Shown here: positions 41,706-52,306 of the stretch, piece after piece
Position numbering within the stretch: position 1 is the stretch's first letter
How the letters are laid out: each line of letters opens with the position of its first letter
Made by a program: the position numbers and the translations under genes
The notes under the pieces: model-generated
Database searches by the model: none
The model's input: only the letters and a program-made list of their open reading frames with translations
What the model was told of the DNA's origin: nothing
Assembly (NCBI GenBank): GCA_944324795.1
Contig: CALUXR010000008.1
Location: 5,753-69,752, forward strand
Source of the DNA: an uncultured Acholeplasmatales bacterium
GTDB lineage: Bacteria > Bacillota_I > Bacilli_A > Acholeplasmatales > Anaeroplasmataceae
DNA: 64,000 nt
Direction: 5' to 3'

Positions 41706-43236
41706 ATTAAAGGAATATGTATGTAATGATTTGCCTAAATATTTAGGGGAAACTATTGAAATGGTATTTATAACTGTTTTAATAGCTTTAGTATTTGGTT
41801 TACTTTTAGGTTTAGTTTTATTTTATACTAAACGTTCAAAAAGAAAAGGAATAAGAATTATTTATAAAATATTAGATATTATAGTCGGTATAGTTAGATC
41901 ATTTCCATTTTATGTTTTGATGTTTTTTGTAATACCTTTTACAAGAATTATAATGAAAATTTTTACTGGAGTCGGACAAGCATTTTCAACTAGCGCTTTT
42001 ATCGTTCCTTTAAGTATTGCGGCAATACCTTTTTTTGCTAAACTTTTTGAAAATAGTTTGCAAGAAACAAATAAAGATATTATTGAAGTAGGTGAGGCAT
42101 TAGGTTTAAGTAAAGTTCAAATCACAACTAAAATAATTCTAAAAGAAGCCTTACCATCAATTATTTCAGGTACTACTTTAGCTATTATAACATTGATTGG
42201 TTATAGCGCTATGGCTGGGGCAATAGGAGGCGGTGGACTTGGATTCTTCGCTTATGATAAAGGCTATGTTTCATATGATTTTCTAATGATGTTATTTGCG
42301 GTAATCACAATAATAATATTAGTTTTATTAATTCAATTATGTGGAAATATTTTATATAAATTAGCTAAAAATGGTCATTTATCTTATTTAAAAATAGGAA
42401 TTGGTTTAGGGGTTTTATTATTAACTTTCATCAGCGTAAAGGTAGCTGTTTATGCTTCTAATAAAACGGATTTAATAACGATTAAAGTTGGAACAATGAG
42501 TCAACCAGGTGAACCAATATTTGAACATATTAAAGATGAAATGGAAGAATTAGGCTATAAATTAGAAATTGAAATTTATAGTGAATTTGATCCTTTAAAT
42601 AATGCCCTTGTTGATGGTTCAATAGATGTTAATTTATTTCAACATGAGCCATATTTAATAAGCTATAATGAAGCTCATAATACTAATTTATTTAATGCTT
42701 GTACAATGTATGATTGTGTTTATGGAGCTTATTCATATAAAATTGATGAAATAGCTGATTTAAAAGGAAATGATAAAAAAGTTATAGCTATAGCTAATGA
42801 TAGTTCAAATCTAAAAAGATGTTTAGATTTATTAGCTGCTAATAATATTATAAGAACAACTTATGGCGATATTACAAGTTTTTCTGCTACTGACATATTA
42901 AATTATTATGAATTATTACCAGGTTATGAAAATTTAGTAATCACTCCTATGGCAACTTCAAGTATAGCTGAAGCTTTAAATGATTCTAATTGCTATTTAG
43001 GTATTGTTAATGCTACATTTGCAATTAATGCAGGACTTGGTAGCTCTGAATTAATTTTTGAAGAAGCTGACCCAAATCATATAAATGCTAATATCTTAGC
43101 TTGCAGAGATGAAGATAAAAATGCTAGTTGGCTTCATGATTTAATAAATATTTTAACAAGTGATGAAACAGCAAATTTTATAGAAGAAGAATTTATGGGT
43201 ACGATTAAGCCATATTTTGTTAGTCATATTTCTTAA
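41689..43236 (+). CDS. fused methionine ABC permease (MetI-like) and NlpA/MetQ-like substrate-binding domain
   Basis: The N-terminal ~220 aa form a 5-TM permease with an EAA loop (EVGEALGLSKVQITTKIILKEALPS). An extra TM follows, then a C-terminal ~270-aa MetQ-like domain (IKVGTMSQPGEPIF...FQHEPYL). Confidence 0.85.
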   Translation: MTFLDKLKEYVCNDLPKYLGETIEMVFITVLIALVFGLLLGLVLFYTKRSKRKGIRIIYKILDIIVGIVRSFPFYVLMFFVIPFTRIIMKIFTGVGQAFSTSAFIVPLSIAAIPFFAKLFENSLQETNKDIIEVGEALGLSKVQITTKIILKEALPSIISGTTLAIITLIGYSAMAGAIGGGGLGFFAYDKGYVSYDFLMMLFAVITIIILVLLIQLCGNILYKLAKNGHLSYLKIGIGLGVLLLTFISVKVAVYASNKTDLITIKVGTMSQPGEPIFEHIKDEMEELGYKLEIEIYSEFDPLNNALVDGSIDVNLFQHEPYLISYNEAHNTNLFNACTMYDCVYGAYSYKIDEIADLKGNDKKVIAIANDSSNLKRCLDLLAANNIIRTTYGDITSFSATDILNYYELLPGYENLVITPMATSSIAEALNDSNCYLGIVNATFAINAGLGSSELIFEEADPNHINANILACRDEDKNASWLHDLINILTSDETANFIEEEFMGTIKPYFVSHIS

Positions 43237-43255
43237 AAGGGAGCAATCCCTTTTT
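43237..43255 (+). terminator. rho-independent terminator after the met transporter
   Basis: Stem AAGGGA/TCCCTT, loop GCAA, T-run. Confidence 0.65.
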
Positions 43256-43310
43256 ATTTTATCTATTAAATCATTTTAATAAATGATATAATTATAAATG
43301 GAGTGATATT

Positions 43311-44435
43311 ATGCTTGAAACCAAAAATTTTGATCAATTAGATTCACCTATAAATAAGACTACTATGGATAAAAATTCGGCAATATATTTTATTGATGAA
43401 AAGAAACATAAAATTATTGAATTATATTCTGAAATAAATAAATATACAATAGCAGTTGATATTTTTAAACAAATTAGAAATTATTATGAAGAACTTATTG
43501 ATTTAGCAATTAAATATGATCTACATTTAGAATATTTATATGATTATGTTATTTTTTTATATCAACAAAATGATTATAAAAGATCACTTGAACTTTCTAA
43601 AATATTAGAAGAAAAATTTAAGAATAAAAGTATCACTAATTTAACTTTATATGAAATTTATAATCATATTGCCTTAACATTATTTAAATTAAAAAAATAT
43701 AAAGAAGCTAAAAAATATTATTTAAAAGCTATTGATTTATGCCAAAAAGATTTAAATAATAATCATAATTTAAGATATATATTAGCAGTTTATTATACTA
43801 ATTTAGGTAATTTATATGCCCATATTTATAGATATAATACTAGTAGATTTTATCATTTAAAATCTATAGCTATATTAGAAGAATATGTTAAAAAAGATTC
43901 TAATAAATATAATATTTTTTTAGCATTAAGTTATTATAATTTAGGATTTTTATATATTAAAAAACATAAATTTAAATTAGCTGAAAAATATTTAGAAAGT
44001 GTAATTAAAATAAGATTAAAAAAATATGAAGGAAATAATAACTTGATCAATAATTTATATTTAGTAAAAAGTTATAATCTTATATGTGAATTATATTTAA
44101 AATGGAAAAATGATTATGGATTTAAAAAATATATTAAATTATCATTAAATGTAAGTGAAATAATAGCTAAAATAAATCCTGAAGCATATAACTATATTTT
44201 TGCAGATACAAATTTATTATATGCTAAATATATAAAAAAATTTAATTATGAATATGCTATAGGTAAATATGTTATTGCATCAGAAATATATGAAAATTTA
44301 GTTAAGGATAATAAAATTTATATTAATAATTTAAAAAATATTTATTGTAATTTAATTAAATTAAATAAGAAAATTAAAGATTATGATAAATCTACAATAT
44401 ATAAAATTAAACTTCATGATTTAGGAGTTGATTAA
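43311..44435 (+). CDS. tetratricopeptide-repeat protein
   Basis: 374 aa with repeated A..YY.KA/LG.LY 34-aa TPR-like units. Confidence 0.65.
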   Translation: MLETKNFDQLDSPINKTTMDKNSAIYFIDEKKHKIIELYSEINKYTIAVDIFKQIRNYYEELIDLAIKYDLHLEYLYDYVIFLYQQNDYKRSLELSKILEEKFKNKSITNLTLYEIYNHIALTLFKLKKYKEAKKYYLKAIDLCQKDLNNNHNLRYILAVYYTNLGNLYAHIYRYNTSRFYHLKSIAILEEYVKKDSNKYNIFLALSYYNLGFLYIKKHKFKLAEKYLESVIKIRLKKYEGNNNLINNLYLVKSYNLICELYLKWKNDYGFKKYIKLSLNVSEIIAKINPEAYNYIFADTNLLYAKYIKKFNYEYAIGKYVIASEIYENLVKDNKIYINNLKNIYCNLIKLNKKIKDYDKSTIYKIKLHDLGVD

Positions 44436-44436
44436 T

Positions 44437-45309
44437 ATGTTTGAATTAATTCATTTAAAAGGTAATACTTATTATATAAATGCTAAAACTAATTTAGGTT
44501 TATATAAAATAAATGAAAAAGATGTTATTTTAATTGATGTACCAATTAAAAGATATGGTCCTAAAATTGATAGTTTATTGCGTTCGTATGGTTTTAATTT
44601 AAAATATATTATTAATACACATTCTCATGCTGATCATACCGGATGTAATGAATATTTAATTAAACAAACAGGGTGTAAAGTTATAACTAGTAGAATAGAA
44701 CGCGCTTTTTTACGTAATGATAAATTAGATATTGGCTTTTTAAGCGGTGGTTATCCTTTAAATAATTATGACACTCCTTTAATGCATGTTAATGAACAAC
44801 ATGATATTTTATCTTTAAGATATTTACCTGATTGCTTGCATAGTTTTAAACTACCTGGTCATCATTATGATATGCGGGGTTTTAAAACAAGAGATGGAAT
44901 TTATTTTATAGCTGATAGTATATGTACTAAAGAATTAATAGATAAAGAACATATCATGCTTATTTATGATGTAGATGGTTATATTAAAAGCCTTAATTTT
45001 ATTAAAACATTAAAAGGTAAAATAATGGTTCCAAGCCATTGTTGTATCAGTACAAATTTAGATGAACTTGTAGATTATAACTTAGCTAAAATAGCTGAAA
45101 TTATTAATGTTTTATTAAATTATTTAGATATTCCTAATACTTATGATAATATTTTTTCATATATTTTTTCTTATTATAATTTACATATTTCTTATAATAA
45201 ATATTTATTAATTTGTTCTACAATTCGTTCTTATTTAGCTTATTTAGTAAATAATAATTTATTAACTACATACTTCTTAGATAATAAATTATATTTTAAA
45301 AGGATTTAA
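44437..45309 (+). CDS. MBL-fold metallo-hydrolase
   Basis: HSHADHTG motif. I prefer the ATG at 44437 (GGAG at 44424-27) over the TTG at 44428. Confidence 0.8.
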   Translation: MFELIHLKGNTYYINAKTNLGLYKINEKDVILIDVPIKRYGPKIDSLLRSYGFNLKYIINTHSHADHTGCNEYLIKQTGCKVITSRIERAFLRNDKLDIGFLSGGYPLNNYDTPLMHVNEQHDILSLRYLPDCLHSFKLPGHHYDMRGFKTRDGIYFIADSICTKELIDKEHIMLIYDVDGYIKSLNFIKTLKGKIMVPSHCCISTNLDELVDYNLAKIAEIINVLLNYLDIPNTYDNIFSYIFSYYNLHISYNKYLLICSTIRSYLAYLVNNNLLTTYFLDNKLYFKRI

Positions 45310-45310
45310 G

Positions 45311-46390
45311 ATGAAAGGTTTATATATTCATATTCCTTTTTGTAAGCATATTTGCTCATATTGTGATTTCCCTAAAAAAATAGCTTATAATGAAGAACAA
45401 ATTACTAATTATTTAAATAAATTAATAAAAGAAATAAATGGATTAAATACTAATTTATTTGATACAATATATATAGGTGGAGGTACTCCTAATAGTTTAA
45501 ATAATAATAATTTAGAATTATTATTAAAAACTATTAAAAATAAATTTAATAAATATAAAGAATATACAATTGAATGCAATCCTGAATTAATAAATAAAGA
45601 ACAAGTTTTATTATTTAAAAAATATGGTATTAATAGAGTTAGTTTAGGGGTTGAAACATTTAATGATAAGGGTTTAAAATTATTAAATCGTCATCATAGT
45701 GAAAAAGATGTTATTAATAGTGTCAAATTATTAAAAGAAAATGATATTAATAATATAAATATTGATTTAATATATGGCTATTTTAACGAAACTATAGAAG
45801 ATTTAAAATATGATTTAGAGATGATTCATAAATTAAATATTATGCATGTATCATGTTATACTTTAATTTTAGAAAAAAATACATTATTATATAAATTACA
45901 TCAAGAAAAAGAATTAAATGAAGATTTAATAGCGGATATGATGGATTATACTTATAAATATTTAGCTAAGATTGGTTTTAATCATTATGAGATATCTAAT
46001 TTTTCTAAAGTAGGATATGAATCATTACATAATTTAAAATATTGGAATAAAGAAGATTATATAGGACTTGGGATGGGTGCTACATCTTGCATTAATAATA
46101 AAAGAATTACTAATTCATATTTTATCAATAATTATTTAAAAGATATTGATAAGAGTGTTGAAATATTAGATTTAATTGATTTAAAAAAAGAATTTATAAT
46201 AATGGGATTAAGAAAAATAAAAGGAATTTTAAAAGAAGATTATTATAATAAATTTAATAGTAAGATTAATGATGATTTTAATTATAAGAAATTGATAGAT
46301 TTAAAATTATTAGAAGAAGATGATAAAAGTTTAAAATTGACTTATAGAGGTCTTTTTTTAGCAAATATTGTTTTTGAGGAATTTATATGA
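45311..46390 (+). CDS. hemW: radical SAM heme chaperone HemW (oxygen-independent coproporphyrinogen oxidase-like)
   Basis: LYIHIPFCKHICSYCDF; 359 aa. Confidence 0.88.
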   Translation: MKGLYIHIPFCKHICSYCDFPKKIAYNEEQITNYLNKLIKEINGLNTNLFDTIYIGGGTPNSLNNNNLELLLKTIKNKFNKYKEYTIECNPELINKEQVLLFKKYGINRVSLGVETFNDKGLKLLNRHHSEKDVINSVKLLKENDINNINIDLIYGYFNETIEDLKYDLEMIHKLNIMHVSCYTLILEKNTLLYKLHQEKELNEDLIADMMDYTYKYLAKIGFNHYEISNFSKVGYESLHNLKYWNKEDYIGLGMGATSCINNKRITNSYFINNYLKDIDKSVEILDLIDLKKEFIIMGLRKIKGILKEDYYNKFNSKINDDFNYKKLIDLKLLEEDDKSLKLTYRGLFLANIVFEEFI

Positions 46391-47325
46391 TTAAAAAAGA
46401 AAAAGAAATAATTTTTTATGAAATAACTGATTTTATATATTATTTAGAAGATGAAAAAAGATTAAGTAAAAATACAATTATTGCTTATAAAACTGATTTA
46501 TTAGAATATCAAGATTTTTTAGTTAAATATCAACATATTGATAATGTATGTGATATTGATAAAGATATGATATTAAAATATTTAGCTTCATTAAAAAGAG
46601 CTGAATTAGCTAAAAGAACTATTAATAGAAAGATTATTGCAATAAAGAATTTTCATAAATTTTTATATAATGAAAAAATATGTAAAAATGATGTTTCTTA
46701 TTATATTGATTTACCTAAATTAGATAGTAAATTACCAACTGTATTAAGTGAAGAGGAAATAAATAAAATGATAAATAGTATTGATACATCAGATATTATT
46801 GGTAAAAGAAATAGAGCTATGTTAGAATTATTATATAGTTCAGGACTTAGAATAAGTGAATTAATAGACTTAAAAATTGGTGATTTACATATGAATGAAA
46901 AATATTTAAATGTCATTGGAAAAGGTGATAAAGAAAGGATTATTCCAATTGGAGAAATGGCGATTGTAGCTTTACGTGATTATATTGAAAACGCTAGATC
47001 TAAGATTAGTAAAAAACCTGGTCAATGGTTATTTTATAATTATCAAGGAAATAAAATGTCAAGACAAGGATTTTTTAAATATTTAAAGAAATTAGCTCTA
47101 GATAATGGAATAACAAAAAACATTTCACCACATACTATAAGACATAGTTTTGCAACTCATTTATTAGCTAATGGGGCTGATTTAAGAATAGTTCAAGAAT
47201 TGCTAGGTCATGAAGATATTTCAACAACACAAATATATACACATATTGATAAATCACATTTAAAAGAAATGTATTTAAATACTCATCCATTAAAAAATAA
47301 AGGAGAAGATAAAAATGAAATATAA
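46387..47325 (+). CDS. xerD: site-specific tyrosine recombinase XerD/XerC type
   Basis: N-terminal SAM-like domain (LSKNTIIAYKTDL). The catalytic residues are RAMLELLYSSGLRISE...HTIRHSFATHLL...LGHEDISTTQIYTH. It sits directly upstream of deoB. The XerD versus XerC assignment is tentative. Confidence 0.8.
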   Translation: MIKKEKEIIFYEITDFIYYLEDEKRLSKNTIIAYKTDLLEYQDFLVKYQHIDNVCDIDKDMILKYLASLKRAELAKRTINRKIIAIKNFHKFLYNEKICKNDVSYYIDLPKLDSKLPTVLSEEEINKMINSIDTSDIIGKRNRAMLELLYSSGLRISELIDLKIGDLHMNEKYLNVIGKGDKERIIPIGEMAIVALRDYIENARSKISKKPGQWLFYNYQGNKMSRQGFFKYLKKLALDNGITKNISPHTIRHSFATHLLANGADLRIVQELLGHEDISTTQIYTHIDKSHLKEMYLNTHPLKNKGEDKNEI

Positions 47326-48493
47326 AAGAATATTTACGATTATTATGGATTCAGTTGGCGTAGGAAGCGAAGAAAAAAGTAAATTTTATGGTGATGATGG
47401 AGCTAATACAATAAGCCATATCGCAAGCGCTTGTAATGGTATTACTTTGCCAACATTAGAAAGCTTTGGTTATGGTAATTTAACTAATATTTTAGGTGTT
47501 AAAGAAAATAAAAGTCCTAAAGCTTATTATGGTAAAATGCAAGAAGCAAGTGTAGGAAAAGATACATTAACTGGGCATTTTGAATTTATGGGTGTTTTAA
47601 CGACTAAACCATTAAAAACTTTTACTGATACTGGTTTTCCAAAAGAATTAATTAAAGAATTAGAAGAAAAAACAGGTCATAAAGTAATTGGTAATTATTC
47701 TGCAAGTGGAACGGAAATTTTAAAAGTTTTAGGTGAAGAACATCTTAAAACAGGAGCTATGATCGTCTATACTTCAGCTGATAGTGTCTTACAAATTGCT
47801 TGTCATGAAAAATATTTTGGACTTGATGAGTTATATCGCTGTTGCAAGATTGCCCGCGAAATTTGTATGAAAGATGAATGGAAAGTTGGTAGAATCATCG
47901 CAAGACCTTTTATAGGTGAAACAAAAGATACTTTTGTAAGAACAGCAAATCGTCATGATTATGCCCTAAATCCACCCCATAAGACAACTTTAGATTATTT
48001 AAAAGAAAAAGGTTATGATGTTATAAGCATCGGTAAAATTAATGATATTTATAATGGTTGTGGTATTACTAAAGCCTATAAATCAGTATCTAATCATAAT
48101 GGAATGGAAATTATGCAAAATTTAACTAAAGAAGATTTTATAGGTTTATGTTATGCAAATTTAGTAGATTTTGATGCTTTATATGGCCATAGAAGAAATC
48201 CTGAAGGCTATAAAATGGCATTAGAAGAATTTGATAAAGATTTAGCTAATTTATTACCACTATTAAATGAAGATGACTTACTTTTAATTGCGGCAGACCA
48301 TGGTAATGATCCGACATGGCACGGAACTGACCATACTAGAGAATATGTACCAATTTTTGCCTATAATAAAAAATTAAATGGTGGCAATTTAGGTTTAAGA
48401 AAGAGTTTTGCTGATCTTGGGCAAACAATTAATGAAAATTTTAATTTAAAACCACAAGAGATTGGAAAATCATTTTTAAAAGATTTAAAATAA
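47315..48493 (+). CDS. deoB: phosphopentomutase
   Basis: IIMDSVGVG N-terminus, DFDALYGHRRN, ADHGNDPT; 392 aa. Confidence 0.93.
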   Translation: MKYKRIFTIIMDSVGVGSEEKSKFYGDDGANTISHIASACNGITLPTLESFGYGNLTNILGVKENKSPKAYYGKMQEASVGKDTLTGHFEFMGVLTTKPLKTFTDTGFPKELIKELEEKTGHKVIGNYSASGTEILKVLGEEHLKTGAMIVYTSADSVLQIACHEKYFGLDELYRCCKIAREICMKDEWKVGRIIARPFIGETKDTFVRTANRHDYALNPPHKTTLDYLKEKGYDVISIGKINDIYNGCGITKAYKSVSNHNGMEIMQNLTKEDFIGLCYANLVDFDALYGHRRNPEGYKMALEEFDKDLANLLPLLNEDDLLLIAADHGNDPTWHGTDHTREYVPIFAYNKKLNGGNLGLRKSFADLGQTINENFNLKPQEIGKSFLKDLK

Positions 48494-48502
48494 GGAGAAC
48501 AT

Positions 48503-49681
48503 ATGAAAGATTTTATTTATAATACACCTACTAAAATATATTTTGGTGCAAATAAAGAAGAAGAATTAGGTAATATTTTAAAAGAAAATAAAGTTAATAA
48601 ACTATTATTACATTATGGTAAATCATCAATTAAAAAAAGTGGTTTATATGATAAAATTGTAAATATTTTAAATATAAATAATATTAATTTTATTGAACTT
48701 GGTGGGGTAGAAGCTAATCCTAAATTAAGTTTAGTTGAAAAAGGAATTAAATTAGCTAGAGAAAATAATATAGATTTTATTTTAGCTGTAGGAGGAGGTA
48801 GTGTAATCGATTCGGCTAAGTCAATTTCAGCTGGAATTTATCATGATTTTAGTCCTTGGTTATATAATACAGGAGAAAAAATATTAGATAAAAACATTCC
48901 TATTGGCGTTGTTTTAACTATAAGCGCGGCTGGTAGTGAAATGAGTAATTCATGTGTTATAACTAATGATTATACTAACGATAAGAGAGGATTTACCTCT
49001 GAATTAAATAGAGTAAAATTTGCTATTTTAAATCCTAAATTAACTTATAGTGTTTCAAAATATCAAACAGCATGTGGAATAACTGATATTATGATGCATA
49101 CATTAGAAAGAGTTTTATCATATGATAATTGTTATAATCCTTTAACTGATAATTTAGCATTTGGATTAATAAAAGCAGTCTTAGAAGTAGGTAAAATTGC
49201 TTATAATGAACCAAATAATTATGATGCAAGAGCTACATTAATGTGGGCATCTAGTCTTACACATAATGGCTTAACAGCGTGTGGTAGAGAATATGTTATG
49301 CCAGTCCATCAAATTGAACATGCTTTATCAGGAACATATGATAGTATAGCACATGGGGCAGGCCTTGCTGTATTATGGCCTAGTTGGGCGACTTTTGCAA
49401 GTCTTAAAGACCCATCTAGATTTGCAGAACTTGGATATAATTCATTTGGAATAAGTAGAAATTTAAATCAAAAGGAAGCAGCAAAAACAGCAATTCAAAT
49501 GATGAAAAATTACTTTTTAGAAATAGGAATGCCATCAACTTTAAAAGAATTAAATGTTAAAAAAGCTGATTTAGAAAAAATAGCTAATTTATATACATTT
49601 AATGGCAAAAGAGTAATTGATGATATCATATTAGTAGATTATGATATGTGTTTAAAAATATTAGAAAATTGTTATGAATAA
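48503..49681 (+). CDS. iron-containing alcohol dehydrogenase (butanol dehydrogenase-like)
   Basis: GGGSVIDSAK motif and conserved His cluster (HQIEHALS...HGAGLA); 392 aa. Confidence 0.85.
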   Translation: MKDFIYNTPTKIYFGANKEEELGNILKENKVNKLLLHYGKSSIKKSGLYDKIVNILNINNINFIELGGVEANPKLSLVEKGIKLARENNIDFILAVGGGSVIDSAKSISAGIYHDFSPWLYNTGEKILDKNIPIGVVLTISAAGSEMSNSCVITNDYTNDKRGFTSELNRVKFAILNPKLTYSVSKYQTACGITDIMMHTLERVLSYDNCYNPLTDNLAFGLIKAVLEVGKIAYNEPNNYDARATLMWASSLTHNGLTACGREYVMPVHQIEHALSGTYDSIAHGAGLAVLWPSWATFASLKDPSRFAELGYNSFGISRNLNQKEAAKTAIQMMKNYFLEIGMPSTLKELNVKKADLEKIANLYTFNGKRVIDDIILVDYDMCLKILENCYE

Positions 49682-49816
49682 CAGATTGATTTCTGTTATT
49701 TTTTTTAAGCAAAATTAATAAATATTATTGAATGTGCAAGTTTCTATAAATTCATATTTAGTTTTATTTAAGAACAAGCCGCTTTATTAAAAATAATTTA
49801 GAAATATAAATCATTA

Positions 49817-50494
49817 ATGATTTATTTATATATAATTATAATAAATCCATATATCAAATATATATGTTTCATTATATTATTAATGGTTTCTTCAACGTTG
49901 GTGGCTTGTCAAAATGATAAAATTGAAATAGAATACTTCCCTTATATATTTGAAGATGAATATGGCAAAATTGTAACTAAATATGCTGTTAAAAGAATGT
50001 TTTATAGACCTGAGTATAAATATTTTGAAGATGTAAACCAAGAAATTGTCATTCCAGAAACTTATAATGATGTTGAAGTCACTTATTTATTGCCAAATTC
50101 AATAAATATTATTACTCATCGGCTTGATTTAAATAAAATTAAAGTTATTCAAAAAGAAGCCATTTCAACATTTAGTACTTTTTATGAATTAGATTTAGGT
50201 GAGGTTGAAATCATTGAAGAATATGGGATTTTGTATACACGATGTAAAACAATAACAATCCCTAAAAGTGTCAAATATATAGGAGATTATAATTTTTATT
50301 TTACAGGTTATATACAAGATGTGTTTTTTGAAGGAAATCCAGAATATATAGCACCAACTGTATTTAATTTTGAAAGAAATCAAAGCTCTTCTAAAAAAAT
50401 AACTATATACGGACCATCAGGAGGGACTGTAGAAGAATTTGCAAAGATAAATAATGAAAAATTTGAAGTATGGGATCCTGCTACAAATAAATAA
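49817..50494 (+). CDS. putative lipoprotein with BspA-type leucine-rich repeat; start uncertain
   Basis: It has an STLVAC lipobox and the LRR_5-like ITIPKSVKYIGDYNFYF. There is no clear RBS and the N-terminus is odd, so the gene may be 5'-degraded. Confidence 0.5.
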   Translation: MIYLYIIIINPYIKYICFIILLMVSSTLVACQNDKIEIEYFPYIFEDEYGKIVTKYAVKRMFYRPEYKYFEDVNQEIVIPETYNDVEVTYLLPNSINIITHRLDLNKIKVIQKEAISTFSTFYELDLGEVEIIEEYGILYTRCKTITIPKSVKYIGDYNFYFTGYIQDVFFEGNPEYIAPTVFNFERNQSSSKKITIYGPSGGTVEEFAKINNEKFEVWDPATNK

Positions 50495-50522
50495 TGTTTA
50501 TTATTATAAATAAATTTAAAGT

Positions 50523-50560
50523 AAAGGTATTAGAAGATAGCGTGAGTCTAATACCTTTTT
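50523..50560 (+). terminator. strong rho-independent terminator; last plus-strand signal before the terminus tract
   Basis: 12-bp perfect stem AAAGGTATTAGA/TCTAATACCTTT, 12-nt loop, T-run. Confidence 0.8.
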
Positions 50561-52125
50561 AATTTCATAAACATGAACTGACACTTAGACTGTTCATCAT
50601 ATATAAATAAAATAATCTAATTATTTCAAAATACGATAATTTTTCGATATCATTTAACATAATTATATAAGACGACAAATTCAAAATTAAAGGCTTGAGT
50701 AATTGAGATTTATTGATAGAAAATTTAATTTTTAAATATAGTGTAAAAATTGATTTACTAACAATCATAATAATTAAGTACGTTTATTCATTTATTTTGA
50801 TTTATAAATATTTATTTATATACTTAAATAAAGTTAAGCTCAACACATTAAAATATTTAATTCTAGCGTTATATGTTGTTTAAGGGATTTTAAAGTCTCA
50901 AAATGAATAAGTTCCTTTAAGAATGATATTTTATGCATTTGTACTTAAACAATTAAAATTAAGCTAATTTAAAGGCTTATAAGTAGACTTTAACAATAAA
51001 TTGGAAAATAACCATATATAAAGTTAGAAACATCATTAACATAAATTATATTACCATATTGAATTAAAGGAACAATTCACATATATCTATTCATTTTTTG
51101 TTGGTTCTTTATCTAAATTGATTTGATGTTCTAGCAGCTGGATAATTTATGGATTTAAAAAATAAAATTTTTAAACACTAACCAGTTATTAAAACTAAAT
51201 ATAATAAATATGTTAATTATTATTTGCTAATAAATTAATAGATATCTAATAATCAAAACTAGAAAAATATTTAAATTTAAAAGTTGTTAAAATCAGATAA
51301 AAATAAATTAAAAATAAGACAAATCGACATGTATAAATACCTTTATTTTGGATTCTCGATTTGTCTTTTTCATGATAGCATTTTTGACGAAAATAAAAAA
51401 ATTTCAAAAGGCAACTAGTTTTAATTACTATATTTAAAAATATTAATATTTATTATAAGCATTAATTAATATTAGATGACTGATGAAAAAAATTATGTAA
51501 AGCAAATATATAAAATAATTATATTTTATTGTATTATTCGATTTACATAAAAATAAAGTTAATTAAGAAAAATTTAATAGTTAATATAATAAATAACCAA
51601 TGAAAATTTAATTAGATGTAGAAGAATAAGTCGTTTAAAATATACAGTCGTCTAATATATAGATTTTCACTATAAAAGAAATTAAAAATTAGTAAATTAT
51701 TATATAAAAAATTAATTTAAAAATTAAACTTAGTAGGATTGCTAAAGATATAATTAAAAATATAAATCATTCTGAAAATTAAGAGAAGCTATTTAAACAT
51801 TAATAAATATTAGTTGATTAATGTTTCTAAACAATCAATTTAAAATATATAGATATAAAATTAATACAAATAGTAATTTATAAATAAATAGACTTTATAG
51901 CAAGTATTTAAAATATGAATGAAGAAGATTATTTTATTTTTTTAGAATAAAAATTTTAACAACGTGAGCTTAGAGTTTGGATGTAAAAATAATATTGTAA
52001 TATTTGCAGAAGATGATAATAATAATCAAAACGAATTCACTTGTTTTAGATAACGGCATATAAAATAATTTAAAAGTAAATAATAAATAGCTCATAAAAA
52101 TTGGAAGTGAGTAAAAAATGAAATG

Positions 52126-52306
52126 ATTTAATTAAAATGAAACATAAGTTAAAGAAATATTATAGTTCTTATAAAGTTAAAAATAGCTGATAATGCCTAA
52201 AGAACAAAATATAAAAATAAATGAAAGTAAAATTAAAAACAAAACTATTTAATTAAAATGAAACATAATTAAAAAAATATTATAGTTCTTATAAAGTTAA
52301 AAATAG
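52126..52306 (+). repeat. two ~60-bp direct repeats spaced 121 bp apart
   Basis: 52126-52186 and 52247-52306 share ATTTAATTAAAATGAAACATAA...ATATTATAGTTCTTATAAAGTTAAAAATAG. They differ by one indel and one substitution. Confidence 0.85.

Noticed and set aside
49806-49823. 16-bp palindrome AAATCATTAATGATTT overlapping the putative start of the LRR lipoprotein gene
   Set aside because: It is a pure A/T-rich palindrome of a kind common in this genome, and the start codon assignment of that gene is itself uncertain.
50565-50768. 67-aa minus-strand ORF, the only listed ORF inside the terminus tract
   Set aside because: It has no RBS or promoter and a low-complexity Ile/Leu/Ser composition. It points into the strong plus-strand terminator. 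I treat it as noise, though RNA-seq could revisit this.
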